From assembly GCA_035084275.1 (NCBI GenBank), contig CM068756.1, positions 1,178,001 through 1,242,000 on the forward strand: a stretch of 64,000 nt of DNA. Reading direction: 5' to 3'. Shown piece after piece: positions 13,281-26,646 of this stretch (the first letter of the stretch is position 1; the number at the start of each line of letters is the position of its first letter). Below the pieces are notes generated by a model that did not search any database, was not told where the DNA came from, and saw nothing but the letters and a program-made list of their open reading frames with translations. Source of the DNA: Hydrolagus colliei. Taxonomy: Eukaryota. The position numbers and the translations under genes were made by a program.

Positions 13281-13979
13281 TTTTTTTAAAAATTACACAC
13301 TTTTTAACATTTTGAATTATTCAATGGTTGATAATGAAGCTGTGAGGGGCAACATTTCTGAGTTCCAAATTCAGAAATGCAGCAGAATAGACCGGTCCTT
13401 GTGCAGAGTTGAAAAAAGCTGCAGGAAAACTGGCTTCCAAACTAAGACTGAAATTGAGAGTTTTTTTCTACAACTGTGGACGATCCAACCTGTTAAGACA
13501 ATGGCCTTCAGGCTAAGACCTTGCAAGATGTTGATCTTCCGAGCCAGGCAGCAGCAAGAGCCTCCTCCAAATGCCTCCTCCAAAAAGTAACTGTTCAAAA
13601 TCCGAGTGCTTTCATAACTCCCTTCGATACTGGACTTGACCAGCACATTTACTCTGTGCGTTGTTTTGTTTTAGTAGAAATTCTACCACAGTGTTAAAAT
13701 TTAAGAGAGACTGAACCTTCCCATCCCCAATTTCTCCTCCGCGGTATCTAACACCCTCTCTCTAAAGTACTCGGAGACATGATGCTAATATGAAGGGCGC
13801 TATATAAAGCCAAGTTTCAGACAGTACCTAATTTTTCCAGGGAGGATCTGGTAACATATTTGAACTCTTTCCAACAAAATTGCGTTCCTGTTAACATAAA
13901 TAAACAGTATTTAGAGAACGTTATTTGTCTGTAATATTTATATATTTAGTTCACACTAAACACACACTAGTTCACACTC

Positions 13980-14295
13980 GTGGAGCTCAGTGGTTAGAGC
14001 ACTCGCCTCACAAGCGAGAGACCTGGGTTGAATTCCAGGCAAGTCAGGGAGAAACCGTGGGCATGTTACTCCTCACTCCACATGCCTGATAATAGTCCCT
14101 CAAAAAATATTGGTCATTTTCAATCCACGACTGTTTGTGGGAAACTGCTGTGCGCTATTGGCAGCCACATTTTGTCCACAAATATACAGGCAATTTACTT
14201 TACAGTATATTCTGTGAAATGCTTTTGTGCAGCTAGAAGACGTGAAAAGCGCTGTATCAAATGAAGGATTATTATTATTGCGTTATTATTATTAC
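13980..14295 (+). mobile_element. Near full-length tRNA-derived Deu-domain SINE
   Basis: A box gctcagtggttagagc, arm ctcgc-ctcacaa-gcgag, B box gggttgaattcc, Deu core ctgtttgtgggaaactgctgtgcgc, L2-type tail, (TTA)n end. Confidence 0.93.
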
Positions 14296-15618
14296 TACAT
14301 TGACTCAGCATTTAAATACCTTTATTGAAGAAAATCCCAGTGCAAAGAAGACAGAGTAATAACCTCGGCAATTGTCTAGTGAATCCCACATTACTGCAAT
14401 TACTAACACTCACTTTCGTGTGCATACGACTTCAATCACGTTCAGATTTGCTGCTATCCTCCTACCTGCCAGAATTGAACAATTTGGCTCTTGCACAATC
14501 AGATCATCAAGACCGATGTGTGAATATGAACTCGATTGACACCAACACTGAGCAGCGACGTCAAGGAAACTGCTCACATTAATTCTGTTTTGCGTAGAAC
14601 TAGAATGTTGTTCTTTATTTTAAATGTAATGAAATTCGCTTCCTGTAAAGTCTGCCATTTATCTGCTGTTTAACGTACATCCTTCAAATATGTACAATTA
14701 CAGAAATTACCACAGTAAAGCATTGGGGGCACCCTCTACTTAGATGATACACAGAGGATATACATGCACGACAATGTATGGAAAATGGAATTTATAAATG
14801 TGAATATCCAATGGTTCTGATGTGTTAGTTGTCTCCAAGGGATTCTATTTTAATGCACAATTCTGTATACATATTGTGGCTACATAAAACTACCAGGCTA
14901 GTATATGATTACTGCTGATCTATTGTATATGCAATTCAAAAGGCATATTATGTAATAATATTAATGTAATTGTACTCAATTGTAGGGATTGCATAGACTA
15001 GTTTAGATTGTCCATGTTTAAGAGAGTAAGGGGAGCCTTTGCTTGCCATTTTTGGACCGTGTGCACTCATTAAAGTGAGACGTGAAGACAACGCAGGGGA
15101 AAGCAATATCATCCATTGTGTACACACTGGTGCCATGTGATACTCTCAGACAATGGCAAGGATCAGATAACAATTCCTAGATTCCTCACTAAATTATACA
15201 CAGATAGATTACTACAAACAACTGTATGTATTCTACCCTAAATTGTAGTCACTTTTGTTCTCTCTTCTCCATTAGAAACTAAAGTGTGGATGAGCAGGCT
15301 CTTTGTCAATGACATTTGTTTTTCCTTATCTAAAACCCCCTCTCTGGGTTGTGATCTGAAGGTTAGGACCTGTCATATGTTAATTATTATTGGTAAAAAT
15401 TAAGCACCGGTGATAATTGTGCAGATGGATAGGGAACTCAACACGAACGTTATTTTTAAACTTCTCTGTGTGATAATAATGTACTGTGAACAAATTTGAT
15501 TTGTGGAGTTATGTAACACACTTTGTCAGTTAGGTTCACCATTTCATTCTATCACTTCCTGGTACTGAGATACTGGTCAGCCAAAACACATCCCCGTAGC
15601 AAAGTGTGTATGCGTGAT

Positions 15619-15800
15619 TTGGTCACTCAATCCACAATTATTTTGTGGGACACTGCTGTGCGTAATTGGCTGCCGCATTTCTCCCTCCAAAATGCACAGT
15701 CAATCCACTTTACAATATATTTGGTGAAGCGCTTCTTCTTCACATTGTCTGAACAATGTGGTGATGAGGTGTTATATCAAATGCAAAGATTAGTATCATT
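15619..15800 (+). mobile_element. Deu-domain SINE, 3' half
   Basis: tttgtgggacactgctgtgcgtaattggctgccgc...gtgaagcgct...tatatcaaatgcaaagatt. Confidence 0.88.
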
Positions 15801-18137
15801 TAGTTTCGCACCTCTTGACAATCACTGTTTCAAAGTAATGGAAAGACGCCACTGCACTATTCAGTTTGCGGAAAAGACTTCTGTGCTTACAGGTAAGAGT
15901 ATCCTGGAATTAAAAATAGCACTCCAATTAGAACAGATAATTAATTCTGAAAAGGAAAAAAAAATCTCCTGAGGTGTTTGAATAGAGAGTAATGACAGTT
16001 CTTAGTCTGAATGATTTAGCCCGACATAGGAGAATTGCTGTCTTTGTATCAGAAGATGCTTCTTGCTTTTCCTCCCATTTTGTCTCACCAGGAAACTCAT
16101 CTCGATCACTCACAATCACACTCGTCTATGCACAAAATACAAAAAAAAATACAAAGTCATTTATATAATGCATTCCCCCGCTGTGTACAAAATGGTTGGT
16201 GGCTTTGTTCAGAAATCGCTGGCTACTCCTGATGGTTTTTTAACTGTGGCGCATCTTTGTTTTCCCTTCTTGTGCTACAATCCAGAGCTATCAAAGATCG
16301 AATATGTACATTATTTTTCGCATTTGTGAACCTACTTATGAGGCTCAATGTTCAAATGCTCCTGCTTCAAAACTCGAAAGGCAAGCTTAGCTGGAATTGC
16401 ACACTAAGTGGCTTCCATGGCGTATCCCATAGACTAAGGAGAATGATTCTTTAACAATACAAATGTACTGTATAAATTAGCTCATATTTACCCATATTAT
16501 TCACAGGCACTCCCAGCCAAATGTCAAATGCATGTGATCAAATCATTCGATTCTTATAAAAAAGGAAAGGAGGGTGAAATTCTACCAGTCAGTAAGGTTG
16601 TAATGGGGAATATTTACTGATTATGAGTAGAAATATGCACCTTGGCTTTAATACTGAAATCAATTTGATGTCAGAATAATAGTATCTCAAATACTTTTGT
16701 GTGTGTTTTTTTTTAAGAGACAATCTGCTGTTCATTTGCTGTTTTGAGAGAGATGCAATCAATGCACACTTCTTCATTATTAAACTGTGTCTTACGATCA
16801 AACTTCACTTTAAGTCTGTTTCCCATCACGGTCCTCAATACTTGCCTCAAGGTATTTTCTTCTTTCGGGAAGGAGAGAAGCTGATGTACCGTAATGTCAA
16901 TGACTCGCAATGTCATTGCCACTCCATATTCAACAAACAGAAGACACGCGCGCTGCAAACTAAAAGTTTCAACATTTTCTCCCCTGAGGTGAGATGTTCT
17001 CGCTTCTGGGAGGTGCCCTTGCCGCTCACCTCAGAACTAATGAACTCAGCGCACATGTGCGAGGTGAATTTAAGTGCAAGCATTTACTGGGTCATGACCT
17101 TGAGACCACAGCAGTATGAAGTATGGATGAAAAAAAAATACTGTGTCCAATCACATCTTTACCAAGTGAGGGCCAACTCTAACCCATCAATGATTGGTAT
17201 TCCTTCCCTCAGCTCAATGGCAAAAGCGAGAGCCTTGTGAAGCTCCAATTTCCATTCCACAATTGAAAAAAATCCAAGAGCTTAGTGAGGTTTGGGAGGG
17301 CTGAATATTACAATGCTCCTGTGTATGTCTTTCATATTTATGGTCTCTAACTGAGACTGAGATTAGCCACAATGTACTTGTAGCAGCCGAGTCTGGATGA
17401 GGTTAGATTTCAAGGCCAATAGGCATTATGACCGCAATGTCACTGGCTTGCTGCCAAGACAAATTTACCTTTTTTAATGCTTGAAATTATTGAATTATAT
17501 TTGATCATCTCTGATGGGAGCCAACGTATTGACTGAGGGTGATTGAATGAAACAAACGTTCATTTTCCATACGCAGAATTGTACACGAATCAAAGTGCAA
17601 CAATGCGTATCTGTTAATCAGCTATTTTCCCCCAAGAAGGCAGTTTTTATGCAAATATTAATTTTAGCAAAGGTTGTATGGCTTGTAACTCAATAGGTTC
17701 GGTGGTCATTGCATTGTATATGAATGGGATAAATAGGATGTTTCCTCAAGGTACGTGTCTGCTCTCTGAGAGTTTGATAGAGAGCAGCTTGAACTTAACC
17801 ACAAGACTTATGGCTGCGCTCTTGAACTGGTACAGCAAAATACAATGAAATGAACAAACAGTTTCCAGTTCCTTTGTCCTTTTTTTCATATGAATGCAAA
17901 TGAAACATTGAAGGCCCATTCTGTGGCAGTGGCGATTGACAATTTGCATCTTTGAAAATGCAAACTCTGCAAGCACACGTCCAATTTCTGCCTGTCTTTA
18001 CTCTAATCAGACAAGTCAGATTGTAGATAAGAGTATTTTTCAGTACAGTATTCCCTTCAAAAGTTCTTTCATGTAGCTATATATTCCCAAATTGCATCTG
18101 AATGTTATTAATCCAATATAGTTTAAGGAAGTCTAGA

Positions 18138-18252
18138 GTTTGCCTACAAAATGCATAGTCACTGCACCTTACATTAAATTCTGTGAAGTGCTTTGCAATA
18201 TGCCCCCAATATGAAAGGTACTACATCAAATTCAAGAATTATTATTATTATT
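18138..18252 (+). mobile_element. SINE 3' fragment
   Basis: ctgtgaagtgctttg...tgaaaggtactacatcaaattcaagaattattattatta. Confidence 0.75.
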
Positions 18253-20429
18253 GATATCATTACTATCTAAGCTGCAAGCCAGAAGTGAATCATCGGTATA
18301 TCACAAAAGACAACAGTGGCCCAGGCAGTACATTAAATGCAACACTGATACACTGATCAGTCAATTATTTAGGATCTTGAAGGACTGAGCTACGTGGACA
18401 AGCTCTGCAGAATGAATGGCAATCTGTAGGAGCACATTATGGATTAAATTGTGCATCACATACAAAGGTTCTCACTGTGGGCTGAATCGTACATTTCATT
18501 GAAGATCTCTATGGATTAACGAACTGAGGGAACATCTATAGGCTGAATAACTTGAACCAAGAAAACCTTCATAAGAAATCACAAGCATTTTAAGAGAGTT
18601 GCGTAGATTTGATTTTTTGATGGTTTGAAATACTGTAAAGACTGTAGGAAGCCCCCCAAATAATTAGCATTTAGATTGTCTGCTCTGTGAGATACAAGCA
18701 TGCGGTGGTGAGCGAGGCTGCGAAAATAGCTGTGTCGTTTCCCTGGACAAGTTGATTCAGAAACTTTAACTTGAGTATCAATAAGATTGTATGCTGTTTA
18801 TCACAGGCAGCTTCACTTTAAAAGTACAGCGCAGCTTCATTCATCTCAAACCCTTGGGACAATGAGTATTTTTGATATGTGAATATTTTGTGATCTGCCA
18901 GTATCCATTACCAATGACACAGTTAGTTCTAGAGGAAAAGCAAGAAGAAGGAAAACAGAGGGATTGGAGAGGACAAAAGGAATTCAAATTCAGAGCCGGT
19001 CTCTTTAAGATGTTATAGATTATGAAACTTTTGTAGCCGGGCAAAATTTGGTTACAAACACAAAGCATTGCTGTTTTCCATGTTATATATTTATGCTGCT
19101 ATAATTTCTCAAAGGGGAAAGCCCAGAATTATATATCACAAATAATTTAGCAGGAGGACATGAGTGTTAGCAGAGTTAATTTGAAAAGGGTCTAGTAGCT
19201 CTGCCAGTTTCTGAAGATCCATTGGACAAATAGAATATCTTACTGGTTACAAGGAATCGCAAGCATTGTATAAATTGTGTGAAACCCATTATATTTCACA
19301 TATACGTACAGAGCCAAAGGGCAGTGACTCCTCTGCGCTCACAAAAATCCAAACTCTCTTTCTTGTTTTCCCACCGTTGCACAATAATGCAGCTACTTTA
19401 AGACTGTTCTTAGATACACGACACCTCATGAGACCATAGTATGATCCCATGTCAGGGAATTGGGACATGGTCTTTGTGGCTGCCTCGAGAAACTGAGATC
19501 AGGCAACCTGCGATTGTGCCCCACCAATTCAGCTCAAAATAACCAAACTCCCCCAACGTGCGGTTCCTGAAATCTATACCCGGCTGGCGAAATAAATGCC
19601 CAAGTAGGAGAACAAAGAGAAACAGACTGAGCCAATCTAGCAAAAGTCTTGCTTTACAAGGTAAGAATTCCAAGTGTCTCAGGTTCTGTGATCGCACACT
19701 ATTCTTGTACCTGTTCGGATTCTCAATGCCATTGAATACTTTCCAAGCACCTGAACAATTATAAACATTCATTCAGAAATGTAACAAGCGCACATGGGCA
19801 TAACTTCTCTTTTCATCTACCTGTGTAAACAATTGTCCTTTTTTATGTGTACGATGTGTGCGATGGCCCACTTTGCTGTTTTTAGGTACTAGAGTATTTG
19901 GAGATTATTTCAGGACAACGAGTGCATTTTCCTGAATGCATGCGACTCAATAGTCAGAAAATACTCTCTTCTGCACTACTGGAAACAATGTGACTTTGCT
20001 TCTGGAGTACAGCAATTCGGAACAGATACCAAGGGTTGAATCTTTTGGTTCCAAATCCATAGGCCAAGGCGTGTGCAATAAAACACTTGTCCAGGACTCC
20101 CCTACCTGGCTCTGAGTGCTGGCTAATATTTAAAAATATTTTTGATCAGATCAGCTGGCAACAACTTAAGAACAGTGCGATAGACCACACAGGAACGCAG
20201 TTCAGAAGTCATCGAGAGGCATCTCTCCACTTACTGGGAGTGCCTTTTGAGGGCTGTAATATGCACTCCTAATCTGGGCAATGATTTATCATAAGCAGCT
20301 ACATAACTACTCTTAGGGATAGCTGGCTGACACCAGAAGCTGTCTGGGTTGGGATTCTTTTTCCACACCACTCAGGTCCACTGTCTGGTAAGATAAAAAT
20401 GGATTGCCCTGTCTCCTGATCAAAGACAA

Positions 20430-20570
20430 GAGTCACCAATGCATTTAAGAGAAAGCTTGATGCATAAATGCGGAACAATGCGATGGAGGGGTATAGAATA
20501 GGGTAATAGGAGGGGTGGGGAGCTTGTGTGGAATATAAACACTGGCATAGATGGATGAGTTGGGCTGTTT
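20430..20570 (+). mobile_element. Old CR1-type 3' fragment
   Basis: aatgcatttaagagaaagcttgat (NAFKRKLD), then gcttgtgtggaatataaacactggcataga...gttgggctg 3'-UTR-like sequence. Confidence 0.65.
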
Positions 20571-21850
20571 TCAAGCCATTCGCTCAACCTAATTCTGTGA
20601 AATAGTCATGAACGTTAGTTAACGTGCAAAATGCATGTGTAAAATAAGAAACATAAAGTTAAAAAATAATTCAACTCTGAGTTAATCTGCACCTCTGACT
20701 TTTCTTCCCAACCCCACCCAACCCCACCGCCCACCCCCACCCCTGAGTGTTTGTCATTGTGGATGCTAAACGGAGCAAAGAAAAAGCTCCCCATGAACGT
20801 GACTAATGTTAATTCACAACAAGTGAATTGCTCTGCTCCCCAGATCAGACCCAGCGTTCAATTTTATTTCACTGCATCTGCTTGCCATTGATGTGATCCA
20901 TAAAAAAGAGAAAAATTCCAACACATCGTTGATAAATTACTGGTGGCTGCTTCAGCGGCTCACACAAAAGCTTGTATTTCAAAAAAAAAAGGGAGAGCTC
21001 TCTTTTAAAAAACCTTAGTTTTCTTATTCCATTAGCTGACCTGTAACATTGCTACTAAAACACTCCCCCAACTATCAGAGAAAAATTGTTCAAACCTTTT
21101 GTTCTGTGAAAATGATAACTCCTGTCTGACTACCTCTGTGTGCAGTTTCCGCCTTACATCTATAATTTACCCGCGATACACCTCACCAGTCAAGACTGTC
21201 ATTTCTTTCCACAGAAGAAAATGAAATCCAGTTTCAGCTCACAGTGGGATCGGCAACTGAATCCTGCTAGAGTAAATTGGTATCAGAAGTCTTCAGATTT
21301 AAAATCTCCATATGCCATTATTTTCATACTACATTATCTCCCTGTATCCTGGAGCCATCAGTTACCTGACCACCATTTAATTCACCCTGTCACGATGAAA
21401 GCCAGCTCAAAGAGAATCCCTCTTCATTTTATTCTTTACGGTAAATCTGCACAGCTCTTTTTTTTTTCAAGAGCCTTTCGCTGAGGTTTCATTGTTAAGA
21501 TAGATAGCGCTAGAGTGAAGTAAACAGATGAGTGCGGATAGATGCTTTTAGGGTTCTGAAAAGCAAATTAAAAGCCTATGTCTACCTTATGTAAAAAATT
21601 TATACCTGCAATTTCCTAGCCCTCGTTCACTCCAATTTTGAAGCAATCCCAGTGAAAATACAATGACTTATATCTAAGGCTTTTATTGTTAAGCGTCAGC
21701 AATTTTTTTTTGTAAACCTGCCTGTTTATTTGGGTGGCCAAGGATACTATTCAACTTTATAGGATTTCATTACTTCTTTATTCTTTGTTATTCTCTCTCC
21801 CATCTTTTTTGGTTTTCCTATGTATCAGGTCGCTACAATACTTCTACTTT

Positions 21851-21962
21851 AATAATAATAATAATCCTCGCATTTGAAACAGCGTCTTTCACATCAGGAG
21901 AATGTCTCAAAGCGCTTCACGGGATTTACTGTAAAGTGCTGACTGTATAGTTGTAGGTAAAT
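21851..21962 (-). mobile_element. SINE 3' fragment
   Basis: aataataataataatcctcgcatttg...tctcaaagcgcttcac...tactgtaaagtg. Confidence 0.85.
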
Positions 21963-24900
21963 GAAGCCTCTTTGCAGCAAATCATCAGCTGAAGCCTGGA
22001 TTGCTGGAAGTTTAACGTCTAACGCAATGTCCATTTGGTGCCTTCTTTTCGATCTGGTCGAAAACTGGACGTCTGGTGATTCACAGCTACAAACCTGTCC
22101 ACCGCTACCTGGCACTCCACCATTGCTTGTGCAAACCAAAAGGTGCGTAAATGGCTATCTTATTTACCAGTGCAGAAAGATGATTCTGCTTGGAGGAAAT
22201 AAACACCCGCTACTGGCAAAACGACACTGAAATTAACATATTTGTCACTGAAATTTGCTGCAAGCTGGAAATTAAATGTTATTTCCCTATAAAAAATTCT
22301 ATAGGGCCATCCCGTCAGAAAACCCTCGATGTTATTGGAACAATTGCTGTAGGATCCTAGAGGATAAATGATAAATCCTATAGGATTTTTACAGCTTAAT
22401 AGGATACTGTGCAACACAATAGATCTGATTTAACATTTTTGTCTACACCCTGGTGCTATCTGCTTGGAGGCTGCTGCTCACTGCAAGCCCACTTTAAACA
22501 GCACATCAAAATAAAATGAAACAATGTCATTCAATGCAAACAGACTGGAATAATCCTGCAATTTGTATCACGATGGGAGGTGGAATTGCTATGTAAAATA
22601 CGTTTACTTGTATTTCAGGCATTTTTAATTGCCTTTTGGTGCACACAAATAGGGTTTCTGTTTGAATGCTGTATTTTTGTTCTTTTAACACAAGGCGTCC
22701 ATATTGAAAAGAATATTGGGTAACATGTCTATGATGTCTGTCAGTTCCGCATTCTTGGGAACAAAAACATTTTGCTATAATCTTCCGAATTTTACAACAC
22801 AGTTTATCACTGTTTTTTTTTCCTTTACTTCCTGTCCAAAATAAGTCTTCCAAACATAAGTGACGCAGGCACTAACTAATACACAATACTAAGCAACAGC
22901 CAGTGTAAAAGTACAGCTCAACTGAGGTGTAAATCTTTCCATCAAAAATAAAATGACACATTTTGCTCACTTAAGCAGAATTTTCACTCTATTATGTTTG
23001 TCAAGCCACAGAACATACCACCAACTATGTTTTATTTCGCAGGTTTTCTTAGACCATATAGTTGAAATTTTTAACTATTTTTGCAAACCAATACCAGCTG
23101 TAATATCCATTTAAAACATGAATTAATAAATCAGGCACCTCTCCTAAATTTTTTTTAAAAAAGGGAAAAGGTCTGCGTTTGGCATTCCTTTGATCTTTCC
23201 ACCTTACTGTAGTAAATCATAAAGTATCCTAAGCAAGGTGCACTTTACCATTGAAAATTACAGCTCATTATTTAGCCATTGCCCTTCCTCCTTTGAAAAT
23301 AAAAAAAAAGGAAGATGAAAGAAAGAAATAACTGAAGAAAACGTGACCCCAAAGCTGCTCTGCAAAGAGAGAGAGGGGGGGTGGGGGGGGGGGGGGGGGG
23401 GCGGCAGGGGGAAATACACAGTCCACAGTCTCAAGCACTTCACTCTCACAAAAAAGCATTATATTGTATGCCTTCCATTTTCTAGGAGCAATTTCTAGTT
23501 ATTCACGAAAGCCCGTGCATCAATAGGAGAGCTATATTGCTTTTTGCGGAATTAAGTGTTCAAATGCAATTACAACATGTTCCTGATCCTAACTATTCAG
23601 AAATCTCTTGTTCTTATTTGCAAACAAAATGGGACTTTTTAGTGGTTCTGATGTGTCTGCATGCAATTAACTGTAGGCCAGCATTGCCTTATTTCTCTAT
23701 GATGACTGGAATGACATTATATGCCAGGGCTTGTTTGCAGTGTAATGACAAGTAACAGGGGACCGAGATCTCCTAGGCAACAGCCTGAGCTCAATACATC
23801 ATACCTCGTTACAGCAGTCAAGCGGGGGACATTTGGTCAAAAATTAATATATCAAAAAAATTGTCCTGTATTTGTTATGGAGCACTGATAACCGACCAAA
23901 ACCCTAGCATTCTTAATTTAACACAGAAGCTGGCTGGCAGTGTAAATTACTGCTCTGTGACCCAGGTTCCAGTGTGTCTACATACCAGCGTTAGCCTGAT
24001 TTAAGGACTAATAAAAACCACAATTTAGAACATTTTAATTTTGATGTTTTTGTAGATTTGATAAATTTAGTCTCTCCGCTTGATGTTGAAAGAGCAATTA
24101 TATATTCATTTGTGTGTGCGTTTTTTCTAAAAAGAATGTTATTTTCAGGATTGACTGCGTTCTTCGGTAGTATTATTCAATGCACATTCGGCTGAGGATT
24201 ACGAGTAGTTAAGAACAATGAATAAACCCCAAACCCAGCCCTCCGATACACTCATGAAGCCAATATGTAAAGATCTGAAAGCTAATGGCAAGAGTGAACT
24301 TAAATGTTTAACTTTATTATAGGGTCTTAGCACAGCAGTATCTATTTCAGTGCAGAGCCTGAAATCATGCTCAACTAGGCACTCATTTGCTAAAGCCTGT
24401 GATAAATGCAAAATTTTCCACATACCAACCAAAGAAAACATCTGACTAACCAGTTACCTATCAGTATAATCCTTTACTTTAATTTACATTCTAATTACCA
24501 GTTGATAACATGTTCATAAAATTAGTAGACCATACACGATTTAATTTTATTTGAAAGTTAAATTTATGTTTTGAATTCAAATAATAGCTCTGTGGGTCTC
24601 AGTAAATGCCAAGGATGTGATTTAATGTCAAAGATTGTTGGGGAAAAAAGAACAGGTTTACACATGTACCAACATATACTTTGCACTGTTCTTCTATTTA
24701 GTGGCAAAAAAAGTCTCACATCACATTCCTGTTTTGTTCAAACAAGTATTATTATCACCATTACTATTATTATCACAAATCTCTAGAAAAATGTAATTCG
24801 CATTCTCTGGAATTCATGTTGTAAGACATCTCTTAACCTGCCCTATGCACCCCTGAAGGATTGGAACCACTGTGAATGGCACTTGCGGGGGTAATGCTGA

Positions 24901-26094
24901 GATCTACTATATCTATATTTTGTTCACCTAAAACATATACGTACAGTGTAATGTGCGCACTTAAGATTAATGTTCAAACAATGCATAAGCACAATGCACT
25001 TTGGATACTCCATTTCCTTCCACTATTTCTGTCAATACGCTAATGGTATGGATTTACATTTTACTGTAATGTACCTAATATCTACAGTTGCTGAATTGTA
25101 ACTGTGTAACCAAGCCAGTCAGATTCATTCATGTACGTATTGGATAGACTTTCTGCTCTTCAATTTTACTTCTTTTTCTATATTTTGTGCATGTGTTTTC
25201 CATTATATCGCATTGATTTTCCAGATAATAGGAATTGTCTGTCTTCCATAAATTTCCTTATATCCCCTATAGGAACTGTGCGATACAACGCATAAACTTC
25301 AGCCAGTTTGGATTTTTTTTCTCTCTCTCTGTGAAAGGATTTCTCTCCTCCCCCCCCACCACCATTCCTGCTCCCCCCCCCCCCCCCCCCCCACCACCCC
25401 ACTTTTGCTTTTAAGATGATTTTGACTTGGTGCAGATGTGCGCTCAGTCCTCTGGGGTCTGAGACTGCCAAAACGTAACTCATATAAAGCTGTACTGGAA
25501 CATTTTTTTACCTATACTTTAAATAAAAATACTTTTTATCATATTATAAAGCAGAGCTCAAGGTTAAAGGTTCGGAACAATAGTTCAGCTTCTCTTGTGC
25601 TGTATTATATAAAATCCCCCAATAGTCCAGCTGTCTATAATTTGATTCTTTAACATTTTGGGGTTAAATAAAAATAGCATTGAACATTCTTTTTCTTGAA
25701 AAAAACCATTCTTATAATGCACATCACCTTAGTGAACATGGTTACGGTAGCATTTGTCAAACCTGCAATAGTTAAATCTTCATTCATCTCACCTTTTCCC
25801 ATAAGTATTTTTTTTAAATTCAAGGCCAAACTGTTCAGTAAAGCATTCCTGCCATAATTTCATTTCTAAATAGTTTTATTCAATGTGGGCATATCACTAT
25901 TCTTCCCTTACACGTGAGAGGAGCATTGCAGCACTCGACCACCAAAACTTTCAAGTTAATCACCTTGTCGTGGAACTGGCACACATACTAATGTATCAAT
26001 TTTATTTCCTAAGCTTCAACCTCCACAAACCAAACTCAATGCAGATTAAAGAAGAGCAGGTGGCTGTGCATTTGCTTCATACAAATAAGTTTGA

Positions 26095-26218
26095 AACAAC
26101 AACAAAATTACATTTGTATAATGGCTTTCATGTCAGGAGGATGTCCGAAGGCGCCGGGGATGTCCTCCGATGTGAAAAGCGCTGTACACGTGTAATTTTG
26201 TTGTTGTTGCTGTTGTTG
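26095..26218. mobile_element. Inverted pair of ~52-bp L2-type tails (tails outward, ~10-nt spacer)
   Basis: Left aacaacaacaaaattacat...tttcatgtcaggaggatgtcc; right ggatgtcctccgatgtgaaaagcgct...tgtaattttgttgttgtt. Confidence 0.85.
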
Positions 26219-26312
26219 AAAGACTTATATATAAGTATATAAATTTCTAAAATACATAATTTCTAAGTAATTATAAACAATAGAGATTGTTATCATTGTG
26301 CTAGGAAGCATA

Positions 26313-26646
26313 AAATAATAATAATCCTTGCATTTGATATAGAGTCTTACCGGATCTTCCAGACGTCTCAGAGCGCATCACAGAATATTCTGTAAAGTGA
26401 ATTGACTGTATATTTTGGGTGAAATGCAGCAGCCAATTGCGCACAGCAGTGTCCCACAAATAGCTATGGATGGATTCAAATGACCCAATTTTTTTTTTTT
26501 TTTTTTTTTTGGGGTGGGGGGGGATTATTATCAGGCATGTGGAGTAAGGAAACTTGCCCAAGGTTTCGCCCTAACCTGCCGAGAATTGAATCCAGGTCTC
26601 ACGCTTACAATGCGAGTGCTCTAACCACTGAGCCACAGGACTCCAC
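26313..26646 (-). mobile_element. Full-length tRNA-derived Deu-domain SINE
   Basis: Minus strand begins gtggagtcctgtggctcagtggttagagcactcgc, contains the Deu core and ends gcaaggattattattatt. Confidence 0.95.

Noticed and set aside
13980-14045. tRNA gene
   Set aside because: It is a SINE head: no proper acceptor stem, and it continues into the Deu domain and LINE tail.
16701-17240. 179-aa ORF
   Set aside because: GTG start, no recognisable domain, composition like random translation.
18996-19006. ccggtctcttt, matching the 3' end of miR-128
   Set aside because: The seed and the precursor hairpin are absent.
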